Translations under genes and position numbers: made by a program
Shown here: in pieces, positions 1 through 14,540 of the stretch
Layout: every line of letters begins with the position of its first letter
Numbering within the stretch: position 1 is the stretch's first letter
Source of the DNA: the human T2T-CHM13v2.0 reference genome, Homo sapiens
Reading direction: 5' to 3' (one strand)
Length of the DNA stretch: 64,000 nt
Assembly (NCBI RefSeq): GCF_009914755.1
Contig: NC_060948.1
The notes under the pieces: generated by a model
Database searches by the model: none
The model's input: the letters and a program-made list of their open reading frames with translations, nothing else
Told to the model about the DNA's origin: nothing

Positions 1-23
1 GCTGGGATTACAGGCCTGAGCCA
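1..23 (-). mobile_element. 5' end of the Alu of the preceding monomer (cut by window edge)
   Basis: gctgggattacaggcctgagcca is the reverse complement of Alu TGGCTCA(C)GCCTGTAATCCCAGC. Confidence 0.85.
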
Positions 24-597
24 AGATCCATATTTTTTAAATGAAAAAAAATTTCAAAGGTACTCTGCTTGGTACAATAATCAAATGTATAAACTGAGGA
101 ATAAAACATAACCATGAAACCTACTTATAACTGCATATGGAAAATACAGAGGATAATTTTTTAAATAACATATTTTGAAAGCCTTAACTAGTAATTTGAA
201 GAGTTGGCATTTGAAAGGCCAGTATGAATATACCTTCAAAGCAGCAACACAGGTTCCCCATGAGAAAAAGCAAACACAGGGAAAATAAAAACACAAAGGT
301 TCAATCTCTTCTGACCTTTGAAAGACACAGCACAGACAGGGGTCCTTAGGACGAAGAGCAGGAGACCCCTAATTCCGTCACCATGGAGATAGGGCATAAA
401 CATTGCTGGGTGAGGGCACAATCCACATTGTGAGGTCCAACTGCTGCCAGGAAGACAGGAGTGCTTTTACATAGACCGAAAGGTCATTGAAGGCTCAGAG
501 TTTTGTTTCAAGAACTGAATCCCAAGCCCACACGTTATTAGGCTGCGCTTCTTAAAACAAGTTATGAGATGGGAAAAAGGGCACCCACAAACATACG
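24..597. repeat. HSATI (mixed-composition) component of monomer U1, present at the same offset in every monomer
   Basis: Non-Alu, higher-complexity segment between the Alu 5' end and the AT-rich tract, near-identical in all 27 copies. The HSATI name comes from the known DYZ2 architecture. The right boundary is approximate. Confidence 0.75.
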
Positions 598-2151
598 TAT
601 ACATTATGTATATAATAATATACAGTATCATATATATAATATATATAACCTATGTATAATATTGTTTTACATCCTGCATCTTATGTTATATATATTGTAT
701 AAAATATAATAATTGATAATATATAAGTTTTATATTTATACAATATGACATATAGTATATATTATAATTTATGGCATATATAATATATGTTATATATCAT
801 ATATAGAATATATTATACGGTTAATATACGTATTAAATATAAATTATACATTATATATATTATATATAATATATCTGTTATATATAATACCCATTATGCA
901 TAATATATATATTATGTCTATGTTATATATAGTATAAAACAACATATAATAATATATAATTGTATATATAAAATGCGACATATAATATATATTATATTTT
1001 ATAACATATGTAATATATATTATATATTATATATAATACGTTGTATGTTTAATACCTATATTAAATATATATTATATGACTATGTTATTAATTACATGTC
1101 ACATGTGTTATATATTATATATTTTACATAGAATATACCGGTTACATACAATATATACTATGTTACCTATAATGTATAATTTATTACATGTAAAATAAAG
1201 AATGCAATATATTATGTATAATTTATAATATACAATATGTGGAATGTGATATATATAACATATAATATATGATATATGATATACAGTATATGATATATAA
1301 CATACAATATATGATTCCTAATATATATGGTATACAATATATATTTTATGATATGTATTCTATATGTTTTATATTCTGTTATATATAACTATTTGAAATT
1401 ATATATAACTGTATAATATTTTATGTAAATATGTAATATAATATATATAACTATATAATATGTTATATATAACTATATATTATGTTATATATACTTTTAT
1501 AACATAATTTACATAAAATATCATAATATAATATATATTATATTATTTCATATTACATTATATATATTACATATCACCCAATATAACTAACATACATAAT
1601 ATTATAATATAGATTATATTGTGTTATATTAAATATCATATATATCATGTATCATATATTCTATAATATATATTACACATTATATAATATGTATGTTGTC
1701 TATTATGTGATATATATAACTATATATATAATTATATTTTTATACATATAACTAGATAAACATGTAATTCTACATATTTTCATTTATAATATGTAGAATT
1801 ATATAATCATATATAATTATTTATATTCTATAAAAAATTTTATCATTATATAAATTATAATATATAAAAATTATAATATGTACTACAAATATATATATTA
1901 TATATCATATATGATATAGTACCTTTGTAATATTTCATAATACATATAAATGTGTATTATGTTATCTATAATTATATAATTTCATATATAAGATGTATAA
2001 TATGTATCATATATTATAGATGTTATGTAATATATATAGTATATATAAGATGACACAGGATAAATATTATATACTATGACATATAAAATATATGAGGTTA
2101 TATGTTACATATAAGGCATAGCACATAACATGTAATATATATCATATATAA
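598..2151. repeat. AT-rich low-complexity component of monomer U1 (degenerate TA-based repeats), present in every monomer
   Basis: About 1.55 kb dominated by TA/ATAT/TATAA motifs with sparse G/C. It ends exactly at the Alu poly(T). The left boundary is approximate. Confidence 0.9.
1253..1322. repeat. Degenerate heptamer minisatellite (ATATRAT-like x10) inside the AT-rich segment
   Basis: atataac atataat atatgat atatgat atacagt atatgat atataac atacaat atatgat tcctaat in 7-bp register, recurring in each monomer. Confidence 0.75.
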
Positions 2152-2443
2152 TTTTTTTTTAGACAGAATCTTGTCCTGTTGCACAGGGTGGGGTACAATG
2201 GCGCCATCTTTGCTCACTGCAGCTTCTGCCTCACGGGTCCAAGCGATTGTCCTTCCTCAGCCTCCCAGGTAGCTGGGACTACACCACACTGGGACTACAC
2301 CAGCTGCCACCATGCCTAGCTAATTTTTTGGATTTTTAGTAGTGACAGCGTTTCACTGTATTGGCCAGGATGGTCTTGATCTCTTCACCTTGTGATCCCC
2401 TTGCCTTGGCCTCCAAATTTGCTGGGATTACAGGCCTGAGCCA
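2152..2443 (-). mobile_element. Diverged Alu (AluY/AluSc-like), 5'-truncated ~12 nt, with internal 16-bp duplication; U1
   Basis: T9 tail followed by antisense Alu hallmarks: gctcactgc, cctcagcctccc, gctgggactaca, ctaattttttg.atttttagtag, ggccaggatggtc, gctgggattacagg. Confidence 0.95.
2273..2302. repeat. Tandem duplication inside the Alu (ctgggactacacca x2, 16-bp period), shared by all monomers
   Basis: ctgggactacacca-ca-ctgggactacacca, whereas the Alu consensus has a single copy. Confidence 0.85.
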
Positions 2444-4571
2444 AGATCCATATTTTTTAAATGAAAAAAAATTTCAAAGGTACTCTGCTTGGTACAATAA
2501 TCAAATGTATAAACTGAGGAATAAAACATAACCATGAAACCTACTTATAACTGCATATGGAAAATACAGAGGATAATTTTTTAAATAACATATTTTGAAA
2601 GCCTTAACTAGTAATTTGAAGAGTTGGCATTTGAAAGGCCAGTATGAATATACCTTCAAAGCAGCAACACAGGTTCCCCATGAGAAAAAGCAAACACAGG
2701 GAAAATAAAAACACAAAGGTTCAATCTCTTCTGACCATTGAAAGACACAGCACAGGCAGTGGTCCTTAGGACGAAGAGCAGGAGACCCCTAATTCCGTCA
2801 CCATGGCGATAGGGCATAAACATTGCTGGGTGAGGGCACAATCCACATTGTGAGGTCCAACTGCTGCCAGGAAGACAGGAGTGCTTTTACATAGACCGAA
2901 AGGTCATTGAAGGCTCAGAGTTTTGTTTCAAGAACTGAATCCCAAGCCCACACGTTATTAGGCTGCGCTTCTTAAAACAAGTTATGAGATGGGAAAAAGG
3001 GCACCCACAAACATACGTATACATTATGTATATAATAATATACAGTATCATATATATAATATATATAACCTATGTATAATATTGTTTTACATCCTGCATC
3101 TTATGTTATATATATTGTATAAAATATAATAATTGAAAATATATAAGTTTTATAATTATACAATATGACATATAGTATATATTATAATTTATGACATATA
3201 TAATATATGTTATATATCATATATAGAATATATTATACGGTTAATATACGTATTAAATATAAATTATACATTATATATATTATATATAATATATCTGTTA
3301 TATATAATACCCATTATGCATAATATATATATTATGTCTATGTTATATATAGTATAAAACAACATATAATAATATATAATTGTATATATAAAATGCGACA
3401 TATAATATATATTATATTTTATAACATATGTAATATATATTATATATTATATATAATACGTTGTATGTATAATACCTATATTAAATATATATTATATGAC
3501 TATGTTATTAATTACATGTCACATGTGTTATATATTATATATTTTACATAGAATATACCGGTTACATACAATATATACTATGTTACCTATAATGTATAAT
3601 TTATTACATGTAAAATAAAGAATGCAATATATTATGTATAATTTATAATATACAATATGTGGAATGTGATATATATAACATATAATATATGATATATGAT
3701 ATACAGTATATGATATATAACATACAATATATGATTCCTAATATATATGGTATACAATATATATTTTATGATATGTATTCTATATGTTTTATATTCTGTT
3801 ATATATAACTATTTGTAATTATATATAACTGTATAATATTTTATGTAGATATGTAATATAATATATATAACTATATAATATATTATATATAACTATATAT
3901 TATGTTATATATACTTTTATAACATAATTTACATAAAATATCATAATATAATATATATTATATTATTTCATATTACATAATATATATTACATATCACCCA
4001 ATATAACTAACATACATAATATTATAATATAGATTATATTGTGTTATATTAAATTACATATATATCATGTATCATATATTCTATAATATATATTACACAT
4101 TATATAATATGTATGTTGTCTATTATGTGATATATATAACTATATATATAATTATATTTTTATACATATAACTAGATAAACATGTAATTCTACATATTTT
4201 CATTTATAATATGTAGAATTATATAATCATATATAATTATTTATATTCTATAAAAAATTTTATCATTATATAAATTATAATATATAAAAATTATAATATG
4301 TACTACAAATATATATATTATATATCATATATGATATAGTACCTTTGTTATATTTCATAATACATATAAATGTGTATTATGTTATCTATAATTATATAAT
4401 TTCATATATAAGATGTATAATATGTATCATATATTATATATGTTATGTAATATATATAGTATATATAAGATGACACAGGATAAATATTATATACTATGAC
4501 ATATAAAATATATCAGGTTATATGTTACATATAAGGCATAGCACATAACATGTAATATATATCATATATAA

Positions 4572-4863
4572 TTTTTTTTTAGACAGAATCTTGTCCTGTT
4601 GCACAGGGTGGGGTACAATGGCGCCATCTTTGCTCACTGCAGCTTCTGCCTCACGGGTCCAAGCGATTGTCCTTCCTCAGCCTCCCAGGTAGCTGGGACT
4701 ACACCACACTGGGACTACACCAGCTGCCACCATGCCTAGCTAATTTTTTGGATTTTTAGTAGTGACAGCGTTTCACTGTATTGGCCAGGATGGTCTTGAT
4801 CTCTTCACCTTGTGATCCCCTTGCCTTGGCCTCCAAATTTGCTGGGATTACAGGCCTGAGCCA
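4572..4863 (-). mobile_element. Diverged Alu, U2
   Basis: Copy of the 2152-2443 element. Confidence 0.93.
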
Positions 4864-6991
4864 AGATCCATATTTTTTAAATGAAAAAAAATTTCAAAGG
4901 TACTCTGCTTGGTACAATAATCAAATGTATAAACTGAGGAATAAAACATAACCATGAAACCTACTTATAACTGCATATGGAAAATACAGAGGATAATTTT
5001 TTAAATAACATATTTTGAAAGCCTTAACTAGTAATTTGAAGAGTTGGCATTTGAAAGGCCAGTATGAATATACCTTCAAAGCAGCAACACAGGTTCCCCA
5101 TGAGAAAAAGCAAACACAGGGAAAATAAAAACACAAAGGTTCAATCTCTTCTGACCTTTGAAAGACACAGCACAGACAGTGGTCCTTAGGACGAAGAGCA
5201 GGAGACCCCTAATTCCGTCACCATGGCGATAGGGCATAAACATTGCTGGGTGAGGGCACAATCCACATTGTGAGGTCCAACTGCTGCCAGGAAGACAGGA
5301 GTGCTTTTACATAGACCGAAAGGTCATTGAAGGCTCAGAGTTTTGTTTCAAGAACTGAATCCCAAGCCCACACGTTATTAGGCTGCGCTTCTTAAAACAA
5401 GTTATGAGATGGGAAAAAGGGCACCCACAAACATACGTATACATTATGTATATAATAATATACAGTATCACATATATAATATATATAACCTATGTATAAT
5501 ATTGTTTTACATCCTGCATCTTATGTTATATATATTGTATAAAATATAATAATTGATAATATATAAGTTTTATAATTATACAATATGACATATAGTATAT
5601 ATTATAATTTATGACATATATAATATATGTTATATATCATATATAGAATATATTATACGGTTAATATACGTATTAAATATAAATTATACATTATATATAT
5701 TATATATAATATATCTGTTATATATAATACCCATTATGCATAATATATATATTATGTCTATGTTATATATAGTATAAAACAACATATAATAATATATAAT
5801 TGTATATATAAAATGCGACATATAATATATATTATATTTTATAACATATGTAATATATATTATATATTATATATAATACGTTGTATGTATAATACCTATA
5901 TTAAATATATATTATATGACTATGTTATTAATTACATGTCACATGTGTTATATATTATATATTTTACATAGAATATACCGGTTACATACAATATATACTA
6001 TGTTACCTATAATGTATAATTTATTACATGTAAAATAAAGAATGCAATATATTATGTATAATTTATAATATACAATATGTGGAATGTGATATATATAACA
6101 TATAATATATGATATATGATATACAGTATATGATATATAACATACAATATATGATTCCTAATATATATGGTATACAATATATATTTTATGATATGTATTC
6201 TATATGTTTTATATTCTGTTATATATAACTATTTGAAATTATATATAACTGTATAATATTTTATGTAGATATGTAATATAATATATATAACTATATAATA
6301 TATTATATATAACTATATATTATGTTATATATACTTTTATAACATAATTTACATAAAATATCATAATATAATATATATTATATTATTTCATATTACATAA
6401 TATATATTACATATCACCCAATATAACTAACATACATAATATTATAATATAGATTATATTGTGTTATATTAAATTACATATATATCATGTATCATATATT
6501 CTATAATATATATTACACATTATATAATATGTATGTTGTCTATTATGTGATATATATAACTATATATATAATTATATTTTTATACATATAACTAGATAAA
6601 CATGTAATTCTACATATTTTCATTTATAATATGTAGAATTATATAATCATATATAATTATTTATATTCTATAAAAAATTTTATCATTATATAAATTATAA
6701 TATATAAAAATTATAATATGTACTGCAAATATATATATTATATATCATATATGATATAGTACCTTTGTTATATTTCATAATACATATAAATGTGTATTAT
6801 GTTATCTATAATTATATAATTTCATATATAAGATGTATAATATGTATCATATATTATATATGTTATGTAATATATATAGTATATATAAGATGACACAGGA
6901 TAAATATTATATACTATGACATATAAAATATATGAGGTTATATGTTACATATAAGGCATAGCACATAACATGTAATATATATCATATATAA

Positions 6992-7282
6992 TTTTTTTTT
7001 AGACAGAATCTTGTCCTGTTGCACAGGGTGGGGTACAATGGCGCCATCTTTGCTCACTGCAGCTTCTGCCTCACGGGTCCAAGCGATTGTCCTTCCTCAG
7101 CCTCCCAGGTAGCTGGGACTACACCACACTGGGACTACACCAGCTGCCACCATGCCTAGCTAATTTTTGGATTTTTAGTAGTGACAGCGTTTCACTGTAT
7201 TGGCCAGGATGGTCTTGATCTCTTCACCTTGTGATCCCCTTGCCTTGGCCTCCAAATTTGCTGGGATTACAGGCCTGAGCCA
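6992..7282 (-). mobile_element. Diverged Alu, U3
   Basis: Copy of the 2152-2443 element, middle T-run 1 bp shorter. Confidence 0.93.
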
Positions 7283-9385
7283 AGATCCATATTTTTTAAA
7301 TGAAAAAAAATTTCAAAGGTACTCTGCTTGGTACAATAATCAAATGTATAAACTGAGGAATAAAACATAACCATGAAACCTACTTATAACTGCATATGGA
7401 AAATACAGAGGATAATTTTTTAAATAACATATTTTGAAAGCCTTAACTAGTAATTTGAAGAGTTGGCATTTGAAAGGCCAGTATGAATATACCTTCAAAG
7501 CAGCAACACAGGTTCCCCATGAGAAAAAGCAAACACAGGGAAAATAAAAACACAAAGGTTCAATCTCTTCTGACCTTTGAAAGACACAGCACAGACAGTG
7601 GTCCTTAGGACGAAGAGCAGGAGACCCCTAATTCCGTCACCATGGCGATAGGGCATAAACATTGCTGGGTGAGGGCACAATCCACATTGTGAGGTCCAAC
7701 TGCTGCCAGGAAGACAGGAGTGCTTTTACATAGACCGAAAGGTCATTGAAGGCTCAGAGTTTTGTTTCAAGAACTGAATCCCAAGCCCACACGTTATTAG
7801 GCTGCGCTTCTTAAAACAAGTTATGAGATGGGAAAAAGGGCACCCACAAACATACGTATACATTATGTATATAATAATATACAGTATCATATATATAATA
7901 TATATAACCTATGTATAATATTGTTTTACATCCTGCATCTTATGTTATATATAGTATAAAATATAATAATTGATAATATATAAGTTTTATAATTATACAA
8001 TATGACATATAGTATATATTATAATTTATGACATATATAATATATGTTATATGTCATATATAGAATATATTATACGGTTAATATACGTATTAAATATAAA
8101 TTATACATTATATATATTATATATAATATATCTGTTATATATAATACCCATTATGCATAATATATATATTATGTCTATGTTATATATAGTATAAAACAAC
8201 ATATAATAATATATAATTGTATATATAAAATGCGACATATAATATATATTATATTTTATAACATATGTAATATATATTATATATTATATATAATACGTTG
8301 TATGTATAATACCTATATTAAATATATATTATATGACTATGTTATTAATTACATGTCACATGTGTTATATATTATATATTTTACATAGAATATACCGGTT
8401 ACATACAATATATACTATGTTACCTGTAATGTATAATTTATTACATGTAAAATAAAGAATGCAATATATTATGAATAATTTATAATATACAATATGTGGA
8501 ATGTGATATATATAACATATAATATATGATATATGATATACAGTATATGATATATAACATACAATATATGATTCCTAATATATATGGTATACAATATATA
8601 TTTTATGATATGTATTCTATATGTTTTATATTCTGTTATATATAACTATTTGAAATTATATATAACTGTATAATATTTTATGTAAATATGTAATATAATA
8701 TATATAATTATATAATATATTATATATAACTATATATTATGTTATATATACTTTTATAACATAATTTACATAAAATATCATAACATAATATATATTATAT
8801 TATTTCATATTACATAATATATATTACATATCACCCAATATAACTAACATACATAATATTATAATATAGATTATATTATGTTATATTAAATATCATATAT
8901 ATCATGTATCATATATTCTATAATATATATTACACATTATATAATATGTATGTTGTCTATTATGTGATATATATAACTATATATATAATTATATTTTTAT
9001 ACATATAACTAGATAAACATGTAATTCTACATATTTTCATTTATAATATGTAGAATTATATAATCATATATAATTATTTATATTCTATAAAAAATTTTAT
9101 CATTATATAAATTATAATATATAAAAATTATAATATGTACTACAAATATATATATTATATATCATATATGCTATAGTACCTTTGTTATATATCATAATAC
9201 ATATAAATGTGTATTATGTTATCTATAATTATATAATTTCATATATAAGTTGTATAATATGCATCATATATTATATATGTTATGTAATATATATAGTATA
9301 TATAAGATGACACAGGATAAATATTATATACTATGACATATAAAATATATGAGGTTATATGTTACATATAAGGCATAGCACATAA

Positions 9386-9700
<315 letters not shown>

Positions 9701-11828
9701 AGATCCATATTTTTTAAATGAAAAAAAATTTCAAAGGTACTCTGCTTGGTACAATAATCAAATGTATAAACTGAGGAATAAAACATAACCATGAAACCTA
9801 CTTATAACTGCATATGGAAAATACAGAGGATAATTTTTTAAATAACATATTTTGAAAGCCTTAACTAGTAATTTGAAGAGTTGGCATTTGAAAGGCCAGT
9901 ATGAATATACCTTCAAAGCAGCAGCACAGGTTCCCCATGAGAAAAAGCAAACACAGGGAAAATAAAAACACAAAGGTTCAATCTCTTCTGACCTTTGAAA
10001 GACACAGCACAGGCAGTGGTCCTTAGGACGAAGAGCAGGAGACCCCTAATTCCGTCACCATGGCGATAGGGCATAAACATTGCTGGGTGAGGGCACAATC
10101 CACATTGTGAGGTCCAACTGCTGCCAGGAAGACAGGAGTGCTTTTACATAGACCGAAAGGTCATTGAAGGCTCAGAGTTTTGTTTCAAGAACTGAATCCC
10201 AAGCCCACACGTTATTAGGCTGCGCTTCTTAAAACAAGTTATGAGATGGGAAAAAGGGCACCCACAAACATACGTATACATTATGTATATAATAATATAC
10301 AGTATCATATATATAATATATATAACCTATGTATAATATTGTTTTACATCCTGCATCTTATGATATATATATTGTATAAAATATAATAATTGATAATATA
10401 TAAGTTTTATAATTATACAATATGACATATAGTATATATTATAATTTATGACATATATAATATATGTTATATATCATATATAGAATATATTATACGGTTA
10501 ATATACGTATTAAATATAAATTATACATTATATATATTATATATAATATATCTGTTATATATAATACCCATTATGCATAATATATATATTATGTCTATGT
10601 TATATATAGTATAAAACAACATATAATAATATATAATTGTATATATAAAATGCGACATATAATATATATTATATTTTATAACATATGTAATATATATTAT
10701 ATATTATATATAATACGTTGTATGTATAATACCTATATTAAATATATATTATATGACTATGTTATTAATTACATGTCACATGTGTTATATATTGTATATT
10801 TTACATAGAATATACCGGTTACATACAATATATACTCTGTTACCTATAATGTATAATTTATTACATGTAAAATAAAGAATGCAATATATTATGTATAATT
10901 TATTATATACAATATGTGGAATGTGATATATATAACATATAATATATGATATATGATATACAGTATATGATATATAACATACAATATATGATTCCTAATA
11001 TATATGGTATACAATATATATTTTATGATATGTATTCTATATGTTTTATATTCTGTTATATATAACTATTTGAAATTATATATAACTGTATAATATTTTA
11101 TGTAGATATGTAATATAATATATATAACTATATAATATGTTATATATAACTATATATTATGTTATATATACTTTTATAACATAATTTACATAAAATATCA
11201 TAATATAATATATATTATATTATTTCATATTACATAATATATATTACATATCACCCAATATAACTAACATACATAATATTATAATATAGATTATATTGTG
11301 TTATATTAAATTACATATATATCATGTATCATATATTCTATAATATATATTACACATTATATAATATGTATGTTGTCTATTATGTGATATATATAACTAT
11401 ATATATAATTATATTTTTATACATATAACTAGATAAACATGTAATTCTACATATTTTCATTTATAATATGTAGAATTATATAATCATATATAATTATTTA
11501 TATTCTATAAAAAATTTTATCATTATATAAATTATAATATATAAAAATTATAATATGTACTACAAATATATATATTATATATCATATATGATATAGTACC
11601 TTTGTTATATTTCATAATACATATAAATGTGTATTATGTTATCTATAATTATATAATTTCATATATAAGATGTATAATATGTATCATATATTATATATGT
11701 TATGTAATATATATAGTATATATAAGATGACACAGGATAAATATTATATACTATGACATATAAAATATATGAGGTTATATGTTACATATAAGGCATAGCA
11801 CATAACATGTAATATATATCATATATAA

Positions 11829-12120
11829 TTTTTTTTTAGACAGAATCTTGTCCTGTTGCACAGGGTGGGGTACAATGGCGCCATCCTTGCTCACTGCAGC
11901 TTCTGCCTCACGGGTCCAAGCGATTGTCCTTCCTCAGCCTCCCAGGTAGCTGGGACTACACCACACTGGGACTACACCAGCTGCCACCATGCCTAGCTAA
12001 TTTTTTGGATTTTTAGTAGTGACAGCGTTTCACTGTATTGGCCAGGATGGTCTTGATCTCTTCACCTTGTGATCCCCTTGCCTTGGCCTCCAAATTTGCT
12101 GGGATTACAGGCCTGAGCCA
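11829..12120 (-). mobile_element. Diverged Alu, U5
   Basis: Copy of the 2152-2443 element. Confidence 0.93.
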
Positions 12121-14248
12121 AGATCCATATTTTTTAAATGAAAAAAAATTTCAAAGGTACTCTGCTTGGTACAATAATCAAATGTATAAACTGAGGAATA
12201 AAACATAACCATGAAACCTACTTATAACTGCATATGGAAAATACAGAGGATAATTTTTTAAATAACATATTTTGAAAGCCTTAACTAGTAATTTGAAGAG
12301 TTGGCATTTGAAAGGCCAGTATGAATATACCTTCAAAGCAGCAACACAGGTTCCCCATGAGAAAAAGCAAACACAGGGAAAATAAAAACACAAAGGTTCA
12401 ATCTCTTCTGACCTTTGAAAGACACAGCACAGACAGTGGTCCTTAGGACGAAGAGCAGGAGACCCCTAATTCCGTCACCATGGCGATAGGGCATAAACAT
12501 TGCTGGGTGAGGGCACAATCCACATTGTGAAGTCCAACTGCTGCCAGGAAGACAGGAGTGCTTTTACATAGACCGAAAGGTCATTGAAGGCTCAGAGTTT
12601 TGTTTCAAGAACTGAATCCCAAGCCCACACGTTATTAGGCTACGCTTCTTAAAACAAGTTATGAGATGGGAAAAAGGGCACCCACAAACATACGTATACA
12701 TTATGTATATAATAATATACAGTATCATATATATAATATATATAACCTATGTATAATATTGTTTTACATCCTGCATCTTATGTTATATATATTGTATAAA
12801 ATATAATAATTGATAATATATAAGTTTTATAATTATACAATATGACATATAGTATATATTATAATTTATGACATATATAATATATGTTATATGTCATATA
12901 TAGAATATATTATACGGTTAATATACGTATCAAATATAAATTATACATTATATATATTATATATAATATATCTGTTATATATAATACCCATTATGCATAA
13001 TATATATATTATGTCTATGTTATATATAGTATAAAACAACATATAATAATATATAATTGTATATATAAAATGTGACATATAATATATATTATATTTTATA
13101 ACATATGTAATATATATTATATATTATATATAATACGTTGTATGTATAATACCTATATTAAATATATATTATATGACTATGTTATTAATTACATGTCACA
13201 TGTGTTATATATTATATATTTTACATAGAATATACCGGTTACATACAATATATACTCTGTTACCTATAATGTATAATTTATTACATGTAAAATAAAGAAT
13301 GCAATATATTATGTATAATTTATTATATACAATATGTGGAATGTGATATATATAACATATAATATATGATATATGATATACAGTATATGATATATAACAT
13401 ACAATATATGATTCCTAATATATATGGTATACAATATATATTTTATGATATGTATTCTATATGTTTTATATTCTGTTATATATAAATATTTGAAATTATA
13501 TATAACTGTATAATATTTTATGTAAATATGTAATATAATATATATAACTATATAATATATTATATATAACTATATATTATGTTATATATACTTTTATAAC
13601 ATAATTTAAATAAAATATCATAATATAATATATACTATATTATTTCATATTACATAATATATATTACATATCACCCAATATAACTAACATAGATAATATT
13701 ATAATATAGATTATATTATGTTATATTAAATATCATATATATCATGTATCATATATTCTATAATATATATTACACATTATATAATATGTATGTTGTCTAT
13801 TATGTGATATATATAACTATATATATAATTATATTTTTATACATATAACTAGATAAACATGTAATTCTACATATTTTCATTTATAATATGTAGAATTATA
13901 TAATCATATATAATTATTTATATTCTATAAAAAATTTTATCATTATATAAATTATAATATATAAAAATTATAATATGTACTACAAATATATATATTATAT
14001 ATCATATATGCTATAGTACCTTTGTTATATATCATAATACATATAAATGTGTATTATGTTATCTATAATTATATAATTTCATATATAAGTTGTATAATAT
14101 GTATCATATATTATATATGTTATGTAATATATATAGTATATATAAGATGACACAGGATAAATATTTTATACTATGACATATAAAATATATCAGGTTATAT
14201 GTTACATATAAGGCATAGCACATAACATGTAATATATATCATATATAA

Positions 14249-14540
14249 TTTTTTTTTAGACAGAATCTTGTCCTGTTGCACAGGGTCGGGTACAATGGCG
14301 CCATGTTTGCTCACTGCAACTTCTGCCTCACGGGTCCAAGCGATTGTCCTCCCTCAGCCTCCCAGGTAGCTGGGACTACACCACACTGGGACTACACCAG
14401 CTGCCACCATGCCTAGCTAATTATTTGGATTTTTAGTAGTGACAGCGTTTCACTGTATTGGCCAGGATGGTCTTGATCTCTTCACCTTGTGATCCCCTTG
14501 CCTTGGCCTCCAAATTTGCTGGGATTACAGGCCTGAGCCA
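14249..14540 (-). mobile_element. Diverged Alu, U6
   Basis: Copy of the 2152-2443 element. Confidence 0.93.

Noticed and set aside
81-296. Recurrent 71-aa minus-strand ORF (MCFYFPCV...)
   Set aside because: It recurs only because the satellite is repeated. It has no recognisable domain, is frameshifted in several units, and loses its ATG in B-type units.
236-421. Recurrent 61-aa minus-strand ORF (MCPHPAMF...) in nearly every monomer
   Set aside because: It is short with no recognisable homology. Persistence is expected from the very high monomer identity. Amino-acid-changing variants and a frameshift (U11, U12) show no sign of coding constraint.
598-2151. TATA boxes, AATAAA signals and short palindromes (ttacatgtaa, tatacattatgtata)
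   Set aside because: These are expected by chance in extremely AT-rich alternating sequence, with no gene context.
2152-2443. Active Alu or Pol III transcription unit (B-box-like GATCAAGAC retained)
   Set aside because: The element is heavily diverged, 5'-truncated, internally duplicated and has only a 9-nt tail. Copies arose by tandem amplification, and the sequence gives no evidence of expression.
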